A stretch of DNA of 64,000 bases from Octopus sinensis. Taxonomy: Eukaryota. The notes beneath the pieces are model-generated. The model had not been told where the DNA came from. It was given only the letters and a program-made list of their open reading frames with translations, and did no database searches. Below, piece by piece: positions 41,549-52,257 of this stretch. The number at the start of each line of letters is the position of its first letter. Positions within the stretch are counted from its first letter, which is position 1. Made by a program: the position numbers and the translations under genes. The DNA lies in contig NC_043007.1 of assembly GCF_006345805.1 (NCBI RefSeq), positions 63,488,001 through 63,552,000 on the forward strand, given 5' to 3'.

Positions 41549-43446
41549 AGTGTGAGTTTTATTTCAGGCTTTCTAAACCTCATCAGTAAAATGTAAATTT
41601 CTCTATACTTGTTAAAGTAGTGATAAGACAATTACTAAATAGATGTACAATATTATACTTGTGTTCATTTGTTTTTACATCCCTTTTCCATGCTAGCATG
41701 TGTTAGGCATATTCAGCATCCAACAGTTGTATGCTATTTCTGTGTTAACCTTTGCTTGTTTTTCAAGTAAAGGATCTCTTATTTCACACATCTTTGAAGG
41801 TGTGAATTGAGTGGGAAATTTGTTGTCAGTAGAAGTAACAGCAGCAACACTGCTTGTAGCAAGCGTCTTTCATAAAGCACAAATATAAACATACACACAC
41901 ACACACACATAATGGGCTTCTTTCAGTTTCTGTCTACCAAATTTACTCAAGACTTTGGTTTGTCTGGGTACAAAACATTTATCCAAGGTGCTGCACTGTG
42001 GGACTGAACCCGAAACCATATGGTTGCGAAGCTAATTTCTAAACCATACAACTATACCAACACTTTGAGAGAAAATTAGCACTTTTATTCAGGAACACCA
42101 TCAGTATTAAAAAGTAGTTAAGTTAATGATCACTGCTTTGACAAGTTTATGCTTTGCTGAGCAGGTATAAGACCAAAACATGTCTAGAGTTATCTCCTGT
42201 ACATACTGGAATAATATACTATAATATATAATTATTATTATTATTGGTGATAATAATGATGATAACTGTCAAGAATTGCCATGCGGGTGGTAAGCTCCTG
42301 GCAAACTATATTATGCAAGTCAGCTTTGACTCTTGTCTTAGGTATTTCACCTATTCTACTAATACTTATCAGAAAAGGCACAAACATCACAACTACAATC
42401 CTTTCACTCTGTACAACAATAGTGCTGATCTTTTATCGCAAACACATAAAGATCTAGCAGTTAACTTAATGTGGAATAAATATTTTATCTATTATAGTTG
42501 TAGTGGCATAAGATCTTGTAGTTTATTTAAATCATTAAACAGTATAAAAATAGGAAGGTAATCAAAGTAGCCTAACAATGCCAAGTTAGAGAAAAATGAT
42601 CTGTTCAATATTTCATTATCATCATCATCATTTTAATGCCCACTTTTCCATGTTTGGATGGATCAGATAGAATTTGTTGAAGTAAATTTCCTACCACTGG
42701 ATGCCCTCCTTGTCACCAACTTTCACTTGTTCCCAAATAAGATATTTTCTCTATGGTTAGACATGTTATGCGAAAGATTGGAAACAAACAAGTTTGTATG
42801 ATAGTGTTGCTTGTTGACAACTATTGTGCAATGTCTAGACAAGGAGACACTAGCACTCCTACACACACACACTGTCTGCTGGATCTATTCACAAAATTTT
42901 GGTAAGCTCTGCGTTATACTAGAAGACACTTACCGAAGGTGCCATGTGAATCACATGGTTAAGAAACAAACTTCTTTACTGCAAATTTAATATTCCAGCT
43001 TCTTTTTACTTTAAAAAAAAAACCCTAATCACTAACTAGAAATTTTGCATTGAGAGCTAAAGTGTTTACAATACTACACATGTCAAAGATGCACAAAGAT
43101 GAGTAGATAGCAATATTAATACAATAAACTATTAATAAATAGTCAAGATGATGGTGACTGTTAATCAGCGGTTAATCTGTGTTGATAGAATGCCTTTTAG
43201 ACAAGTCTGTCATGTTTCTGAGCTCTAATGAATATAAGAAATGTGTAAATGTTGCAGCCTATGTAAAATATGTTGCATTTTTTGCTATCTTTTATAGTTA
43301 AGGTAGCATAGGATTTTGTTTATTTCAATAGAGCATGCTATAAACTCTAAAGTGCTTGGTTGTTTGCCACTGTGTGCCCAAGGTGCCATACAGTGGGGCT
43401 GAACGAGCTTCTTATCCACACTGCCATGACTGTTTTTTTTTACATC

Positions 43447-43477
<31 letters not shown>

Positions 43478-43521
43478 CATACATACTAGAAATTATTGTT
43501 ATGTTGTACTCTTTTAAATAG

Positions 43522-43643
43522 GATGTTGGCAAGCATTTGAAAATGCTTTCTCCAATCAATTCTGTGAAATTTATGGAAGATTTTGATCCAGAAAAAAGTA
43601 GCAGAGAAATGCGTAAAATGAACCGAAGAATTTATCGAGAGAA
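43522..43643 (+). CDS. ARL14EP: Coding exon 2 of the ARL14EP-like gene
   Basis: DVGKHLKMLSPINSVKFMEDFDPEKSSREMRKMNRRIYRE. FDPEKSSREMRK resembles the FxPExxxRexRxL motif that precedes the Cys-rich domain in ARL14EP. Canonical AG/GT; phases match both neighbouring exons. Too short for the ORF track. Confidence 0.85.
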
Positions 43644-45307
43644 GTACGTTTTCTGTATTTTTCATTCTTGAATGTATTTTATTTCTCAATATTGTGGCCA
43701 TTAATCAAATTTGCTTTTGTGACTTTATTTCTGAAGAATAGATTGACTATAATTTTATATATTGGTATTATGTTGTGTTGAAGTTGACCAATGAAAATCT
43801 CAATTTATCATTCTTGTTTTAAGATTTAATTTTAATATGTGCACTTGGAGGCACATAGTCTTATGTGGGTTGATATTAAAAGGGCTAAACAGTTTTTGTT
43901 CAGTTTGAGTTTTAGGAAATATCTTTGTTGTGTCACTAACTTGGTGGGAATTTAAGAAGGAACCTTTTAGTTTTTTTAACATCACACAAACTTCTGTTAG
44001 CATTTCTTTGTCTTTATTTTATTTTTATGGTCTGGCAGCATATTTTAAAATAGAGAAAACAAAACATTCTTTGATACAAATAACATCTTTCTTTTCCTTT
44101 CTATCCATATTCATTACCAGAAAATGCTGCTGTATGGTGGGACTTATCTTAGCTTTTATAACATTGAATAGTTGAGAGACATACCTCTCGTTTTAGGACT
44201 CTTGAGGGCTAAGACTCTTACCAAGTAGGATGTTAATGAAGATTATCTGGTACCCAGGGAGATGAAAACTGAAAAGTGTATTGTCTAAATACATATAAAA
44301 TCTCAATATTAAATATTAAGTGTATAAATATCTGAAATAAATTATTGTTAGTAGGTTTCAATTTTTTTATGTGGTAAGAAGTTTGCTTTTGCACCACATA
44401 GTTCTGGGTTCAGTCCCACTGCATGACACCTTGGGCAAGTGCCTTCAACTCTAACCCTGGGCAACCAAAGTCTTGTAAGTGAATTTGATAGACAGAAATA
44501 AAAGAAGCTTGTCATGTGTGTCCCCCATGCCACCATTTGACAACCAGTGTTGATTTGTTTCAGTCCTTATAGCTTAGTAGTTCTGCAAATGAGATTAGAA
44601 TAAAAGTTCCAGGTTTTAAAAACAAAGTATTGGAGTTGACTCATTCAAAGTAGAGCCTCCACATGACCACAGTAGAATGATTGAAACAAGTAAAAGATAG
44701 AAGATATTAACCTTGTATTTAGAGATGAAATTTTTAAAATTTTTTACTGATGTGCTGTTTCATTCAGAGTGACTGCTTGTCATCCTGGGAGTGCAAATTA
44801 GTACCAGACTGAATTTGAAACAAGCCATTTGAAATATGATGAAGATGTGAATATTAAAATTGCTTTCATATCTAAAGATAAGGTTAATATTGTGTGTATA
44901 ATATAATGTATATACAAAAGTGAATCAGCACTAGCTGTATTATTTTGTTTCAGTGAAACTGCTTAGAGATTTATTTGTTAAAAATATAAGGCTTTCTTCA
45001 GAATGCTAGTGGATCACCAGATTCACTGTTTCAACCTGATTTGATCTCCTCAGTAACAAATACTACAGATGTTCTGAGCCAAACCAAAAATGCTTGTTCT
45101 AATATAGAAATTTATAAGCAAAACATTTACTGATTTGTGCAAAAGCTGGCCAGGCAGAAACTAAATTAATATATGCACTTGAAACAGTTACAGGTTCAAG
45201 TGTCTGTGTGTATAACATTTATGTTTATACAAATGTGGAACAGAACCAGCTATAATATTTTACTTTAGAGAATTATTTTAAAATTTAATCTATGAAATAA
45301 GTTTATA

Positions 45308-48291
45308 TCTCTATATCTATATACAGCAAAATGTCTGTGTGTCCTTTATACAAATCCACAGTTTTTCATATAAAAAGCTCGCATTTTCTATGGGCTTTCA
45401 AAACTGTCTGAAGTTGGTCGTGAAGATCTTTTCATTTCCCCAGTCACCCCAGAAAGCCATTAAAAAAATTGATTAACCGACCCCTTATGCCCATAAGTTA
45501 TGGGCATATCCATATAAAATTGCTAAAACATAGATATTTGTACACAGTGCATGTGTACAGCTAGATACGCCAATAGACTTCCAGCTGTTTTTTGATTGGA
45601 CAGAGATAATTTTACCCTTGACAGTTGAATGCGCATGTGCATTTGCAGACAATCTGTATGACTCAGCACATTTATGTGTTTTGCGAAGACGTGTTATCAT
45701 ATGTTTTGGCTTTCAAACGTGCAAGCTTTTTTGATTTGAGAAATGCAGGGAATAATTAACGAGTTAGACCAAGTGAATGACAAGAGAGTGGGATTTTCAC
45801 GAAAGACCAAATATGCTTGATATGCTATCATTCCTTAAGTATGCCATAAAAGAGTTGGAGCCTATTCAATGAATCTATTTAGGAAGGGCTTTACTTTTAT
45901 GCTTTCGGTTGATTTAAGTTATCCAGCAAGAGCCCAGGATGTTTTATTCAAGTAGGATTAAAAATGAAAAATGGGTAAGTTGACCCCCACCAAGGGATAT
46001 TCATAAAAAACATTTATTTTTATTTGCATTCAGCCTAAGATCGAGTCATTTGCTACCTACACAGCAGGGACATAGGATTATCAAGGTGATCCTTTTGGTG
46101 CAAAAAATCTTAATTTGATTCAAGTTTACCAAAATTGCCAATCAATCAATGGAAACTCAATAAAACTATTCCTTGAGGATTTCCGCATTGAAATTGACTG
46201 CAACCTTTTCTTTTAGCCCTAACTTGAGGTACGAATGACCTAAGATACAAAGAGTTTCTTAAGCGAAATTTCATGCTTTTGTGTTTTGAGATACGAGTGA
46301 AAATTGAGATGCTAATTAATTTCCAGTCACATTTTTCCGCTTGCTAGGAAATTGGATAACTTTGTCAGACCTGTTTATTCATTTCATTTTATTGGTGAAG
46401 GTTTGCTTTCATGGTGGTCTTTATCAATTTTCTAACATGCTCCCCCATCACCTTCAACAAAGCCACTAAATTTGCGATGATTAATTACCCAGTGCAGCTG
46501 CACCTCTGGATGGGCTCAGTCAAACGCGTTAAAAAACATATGTGATGGAAAGGCAAGCATAATTTCCGAAAACAAAGAAAGGGATTTAGCTCAAAATGAA
46601 GTAATCTTTATCTGTAAAAAGCCTAACCAAACAGAAGCACACCAGTACCTAAGACAATTCAAGGCTAGAACTCACGAGTCATACAGTGTTTCTGCACTAC
46701 CTTGATTAAGTAAAAACTTTTTATTGAAACACCAGAAACGAACAAGCACATGATATGAAGCTTTCAGTTAGCGGGACTGTGCACATGTCATAATCGGTCA
46801 AAAAAAAAGGAAGAAGAAAGCAAAAAACTCGAATTTGACTGCACCACAGCATGATTTTGAAAATACACATAACCATCGTTTGTTGAGTTCGCATTCAGCC
46901 TGAGGTCAAATCATTCGCTATCTACATAGCATGTGACAAGGGTACTCAGGTTATTACTTATGGTGTGTGAAATCTTAATTTGATTAGAGTTGGCTCATAA
47001 CAATCCCTTACAGGCTTCCTCATTCAAATTGAATTACAATGTTTTCTTTTAGCCTTAACTTCCACATAATAAGCTCTTTGTTTGCTACTGCAAATTGATT
47101 GGGTTTTTACACTTCACAAATGCCCTATGTTTTTCTAACTTGAATCCACTTTCCACTAATTAATTAACCCGTGTATCAAACACCACAAAGAGCGTTTTCC
47201 CACATAGACACTTAGTCATCATGTGCGTGAGCATGGCACTTCGTATGACCTTGAACATGCGCGTGTACTGGCCAATGCTGCTGAGGGACATATGTAAACG
47301 TTTGACCTTAGATGCGCAGCCTTGGATTTGTGTGTACTAGATCATTATCCAATAAGATTCAATGCGCTAATTAAGCATGAGGTTGCATGCTTTGGCGCCC
47401 AGACTCAAACACTTTTCACAATTATGCTTCATGACTCAGTTTCCGTTACTGACCACAAGCTTTGTTCATAAAATTCCACTTTACCTATCACTTTTACTTG
47501 GGTCTGCCAGGCCATATTTTTGCCTAGCAACTAATCAATTAACACTTAAAGCATCTGCTGCAGTTTGACCCCAATTTTTTTGCGTAAAAATAACCTTTTT
47601 TTGCTTGATATCAGTTCACATTTTGATTATTGCTTCTTTTGATTAACCAAAGTGTTAATTAGGGAATTTGCCATAATTCGGCATCATTTTTTTGAATAAA
47701 AATAGACGTTTTCGTGTTTGATCTCACTTTTTGATTACTGCTTCTTTTGAGCAGCCAATGTTTTCACCAACCTACGAGCACAGTAAACAGTTTTTGTTCT
47801 TGAAACCTGTCTACGATTTCTTTACTGTTTTTAAATAGCCCTTTGTTTTCCATTTGGGTACCGCTTCTGCCATTATCGTTTTGATTATTGCTTTGCCATT
47901 ACTTAAAATCGTGTGCTTATCGGTTGCCCCAAGCTATCTCACTTAGTCCACAAAAACTAAATCCATTTAAAGTTCACTAATTTCAATAAATTGCCAAAAT
48001 GCCCCCAAAGAAGAGAGCTTGCATTGGAAGAAAGACGGCTGATTCAGAAGCTAAGAGGGCCAGAAGGGCCAATGAGGCGCCCCTAGACAGAGCTACTCGA
48101 TTAGCTTGGAATGCCACTGCCACAGACAAAACAAGGGCAGTCGAAACCGCAGAACAAACATAGGCCTGCCATTCTCGAGATGCCGCTGCCACGGCCAGCG
48201 CAAGGGCAGCCGAAACCGCAGAACAAACACAAGCCCGTCGTTCTTGAGATGCACTAGCACTAGACCCGGCAACGCCGGGTCATAGTGATAG
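45308..48291 (+). mobile_element. Helitron C: ~3-kb non-autonomous Helitron
   Basis: Inserted between A and T. 5' TCTCTATATCTATATA; 3' GC hairpin GACCCGGC-AAC-GCCGGGTC (48263-48281) followed by ATAGTGATAG (CTAG variant). RepHel N-terminus MPPKKRACIGRKT...ETAEQT starts near 47999. Confidence 0.82.
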
Positions 48292-48547
48292 TATTCTATA
48301 TAATAGGTACGTTGTTCTTTTAAACATTTGAGATATAAATAGATAATTGATAAATAGTTTATCTGATATTTTTACCTTCTGAAATCAAATATACACTAAA
48401 TTTCGGTTAAAGAAACCCAAGATTAGGTTACAAACAATATGATACAGAGTAATAGGATATTACGTATAACCTTTCAGTTATACACCTTGTCTACTGTGTA
48501 CTCTTGAAACAATAATTTTTGCCTATACACACACACATGCACACATA

Positions 48548-50019
48548 CAGGGTGCAGTGAATATATTGTCTAAATTACACTAAAATGAAAATAACACTGA
48601 CATCTCATTTTAACATATATTTACCAAAATTACATAAAAAATAAAATCACTATTGACTTCAACCACAGCCTCCAGACGATTTCGGAATCTTATGCAACTG
48701 TTTTGGACAGTCTCCTTGTTTAAGTTGGTGAATACTGCCATAATCCTTGCCTTCAGTTCATCTTTGGTGTTACAAGGAGTTTTCTTGGTTTCTCACTCAA
48801 CTGTGCCCCACACATAATAATCAAGGGAGTTGCAGTCTGGGGAGTTAGGTGGCCAGATGTTAAAGGTGGTGTGGTTTCAGAAATTATCTGACAGCCATGA
48901 CTGGGTTCTTCTGTTTGTATGGCATAGTGCAGAGTCCTGTTGCTAGACATAGGGTCTTCCAGCAGCCACCCTCTTGACCCAGGGCAGCAGCACCTCCTCC
49001 AGGCACTTTATGTAGGCTTCCATATTGAGTCTGAGGCTGTGTGGGAAGATGAATGAAGGCATCACTCACCAAATCCTTTGTGAGCCGCTCTCCGGCTATC
49101 TATCTGCGGCTTTATATAGCTATGGTAAGACCTCACCTGGAATTTGCATCACCGGTCTGGAACCCCTATCTTGCCCAGGATATCAATCATCTGGAAGCTA
49201 TTCAGCGACGTGCAACCAAAAGAATACCCTCCATCAGGCATTTGCCATATCCTGAACGCCTTACTTCCCTGGGCATGGACACATTGAAACTCCGACGTCT
49301 GGCAGCTGACTTGGCAGACACCCATAAAATTATCAACCATCGTACAAACAATAACTCTGAGCACCTTTTCAAACTCCACCCATCTAACACCCGTGGACAT
49401 ATTTACAAAGTAAGAAAACAGCACAGCTCCCATGACTTCAGGAAACATTTTTTCACACTGAGAGTTGCTGAAGCATGGAACAAACTGCCAGCATCAGTTG
49501 TTAGTTGTCGGAGCACTGCATCCTTCAAAACTTCCATGCTTCCTGAGATTCACCAACACTACACTTGATTTTCTCCCCTCCATACACACACAAGCATGTA
49601 TCTGACTCATACATTGTTCGCTTTCCTGACATTTCTACATTACTGCATGTACTTTATATGCACTTTCTGACAAGTTGTGGTGCACCTGAGCACTGTATAC
49701 AATAATTTCATTATTATTACTATTATTTTATTATAATGTCGCCATCACTAGCGATCACTTCAACCCCCATGATGTTGATTGTATGTTTGATTTTTATCAC
49801 TCTTGGTACATCTGTTCGTACTGGAGCTTCCAGCGTGAATGCCAAGCAGTACAGCATGTCGTTTCCAAATTTCTGGCAGAGTGAATTGCATCATGGTGTT
49901 GTTTTTCTCACAGACTGTGCCCAACTGGCCCTACCATACTGTGTAGTTGACAAAATCAAAAACAAGCAGTGCACGGAATTAAAAATATAAAATGGCGACA
50001 ATTTACCCATTGCACCCTG
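48548..50019 (-). mobile_element. Mariner-like (probably maT/DD37D-type) deletion derivative
   Basis: TA-flanked imperfect TIRs CAGGGTGCA.TG..TA.ATTGTC. Minus-strand QQDSALCH...WPPNSPDCNSLDYYVWG. Interrupted by a CR1-like insertion. Confidence 0.88.
49063..49734 (+). mobile_element. 5'-truncated CR1/L2-type LINE nested in the mariner element
   Basis: RPHLEFASPVWNPY...LEAIQRRATKRI...RRLAADL...TRGHIYK...FFTLRVAEAWNKLP (ORF 49053-49568), 3' UTR and (ATT)n tail; removing it restores the mariner reading DGDIM|PSFIF. Tail fragment of the same family at ~8440-8495 (-). Confidence 0.92.
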
Positions 50020-50231
50020 TATTTATGCATATACTAAATGCACACACGTACATTTATATACATATATATATAAAGAGAGTGCAATACAACAAATATGTTT
50101 GAATATATTGTAATTTTATTTATTTCAAGTTTCAATTACCAAAGTATATTTCTGTAAAAATATATTTCTTGAAAGCTATTCAAATATGATTTGAAATAAT
50201 ATTTTCTTTATTTCTTTTTTTTTAATATCAG

Positions 50232-50454
50232 CATGAAAACCAACCAAATGTATGACGAAACTGGTCGACTTCTTGACAACAGCAAAGATGTTTGTGATTG
50301 TTTGGATGAGGACTGTCCAGGATGCCATTTTCCATGTAACAAATGTGGTTCTGAAAAGTGTGGCACTGAGTGTCGATGTAATCGGAAGTGGGTATATGAA
50401 GTTGTGGAAATTGAAGGCTCAAACCTAGTGATTAGAAATGTTTCTGTAGCATAA
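50232..50454 (+). CDS. ARL14EP: Terminal coding exon: ARL14EP (ARF7EP_C) cysteine-rich domain
   Basis: YDETGRLLDNSKDVCDCLDEDCPGCHFPCNKCGSEKCGTECRCNRKWVYEVVEIEG matches the ARL14EP C-terminus (YDxxGxL...CDCLDEDCxGCxxxCxxCGSxKCGxECRCxRKWxYExxEIEG), all nine Cys present. Strong polypyrimidine acceptor; AATAAA at 50791. Confidence 0.95.
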
Positions 50455-52257
50455 AATCTTCATCTAGTGAATTCAGGGAGAATAGTCCATTCAAATTTTC
50501 TCCTGCACACAAAGATTGTCAACTTGCCTTTCATATCCTTTACTTTTTGTTCTACTTCTGCTTTACATATCACATAATCTGCCATATATAATGAAAACTC
50601 ATTACATTTTTTTTTCCATTTCATTGCAAACCAATGACCATTGATCAACTAACATCAATCAACATCCGCCCTGAACTTCATTTCATTTCACATTACAATA
50701 TGGACTTATGTTGTTATACTTGCCAGTATTGTCATTGTTGTTGTTGCTGTTAGTTAGCTACAATCATGTGTGATAGAGAAGATTCATGGCAATAAAAGAA
50801 CCAACTGATTAATTAAGTTAGTATGGGACAAATTCAAGATGTCAGGTATGCAGTTTTATTGTCCCTTGTTCCTAGTAAATTACAAGTAACTATGGTAACT
50901 ATTTTATGACCCTGCCATACATGCAGAAGAAACAGCTTATTCAATTGTAGCAAGATATTAACTTACCAGAAATTTTCTAAACAGCATATTAGTTTACATT
51001 ATTATAATCACAACTTTAAATTCAGTGAGTTGGATTGTTTGATATTGTTACTGTGGTTTGTTTGCTACCATACCTTCCTCTTCATAACAGTTGGTAAAAT
51101 GAGAACGTTTTACCTTTTTTTTTTTTTTTTTTTACAATGCAATGATAGCACCACTACCTCAGTCATATTTCGATCAGTGCCACTCAATTTTACATTTTAT
51201 TAATTTATTTTCATTTTATCAAATTTTGAAGTGCATTGTTATAGTATGTGTGACAATTGTTCATCTTTGCAAAGTTCAGAACCCCACAAATCACAAGATA
51301 AGATATTTAATGGAATAATATTGTCTGATATATAGTATTGTAAATGCTTTCAAATGTAACACTAAATCCCTTTGTTTTGTCATTTATCTTCAAACTAGTT
51401 GACTGAATTGGTAGAGCGTTAAATTTATAACATCAAACTATAAAATGATTCAGTTTACTGGGAGGCTGGAGTTAATAGAAAAAGAACAAGTAATATGTGA
51501 CATAATGCTACTAAAGCAAATATTTTCTGGATCCCTCAGTTCAAATGGGCTAGCGTTTAAATCAAATTGCTAGAATATGAAGCAGATGAGAAATATAAAT
51601 AACACTATTAGATAAAATTCTGAGCTATGACAAATAGCTCTATTCATGGAAATATTTTAGCTCAACACTGCATAGCCAATGGAACACTCATTAATTTGAT
51701 TATACTGATGCTACTTATAGAATTTGGGTAGCTAAATTGAGACAGTTTTCAAAATGTTATATCTGAATAAGTACCTTAGTATATATCAAGTCTAAGATAT
51801 TAATTTAATGCTTTATATGACAGATTGTGATGATTGTGCTAGAATTGTAGAGTCACTGCAACAAAATACTTTTGGTGAAATGAGCTGCACCTGTTGTAGC
51901 TCACATTCATTATTACCAATAACAGATTCTGTAAAAGTAACAGTTTAACATACTCTAGCTTAGCTAAGACTACATGAGATGTTCTGCATTCATTTGATGA
52001 TACCTGTTGCAATCACAAATATACCAACACCATTCCTTTTGGTTGATTTAAAGTAAAGCCATCACCAGCTTAACCAAGCTTGCTAAAAATCATGGTGTGA
52101 GTAGGAAGACAATAGCTAGGATTGTTAATAATTACTTAGGTATAAAGTCATATATTTGTAGATGGTAAAGTATTCTCACAGCCTAATCTAAAGCTAGTAA
52201 GGCTTAGATAGCCCCAAAATTTCTCAGCTATCTAATGTAAATGATGGGAAAGTTAGA

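Larger units (their letters stand above)
30510..50454 (+). other. ARL14EP: Predicted three-exon gene: CENP-B/Tc5-type HTH fused to ARL14EP C-terminal domain (253 aa)
   Basis: Exon 1 30510-30926 (417 nt, ends phase 0, donor GTAAGT). Exon 2 43522-43643 (acceptor ttttaaatAG, starts phase 0, 40 codons + AA, donor GTACGT). Exon 3 50232-50454 (poly-T acceptor atatcAG, C + 73 codons + TAA; AA+C = Asn). 417+122+223 = 762 nt, uninterrupted. No transcript evidence available. Confidence 0.82.
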
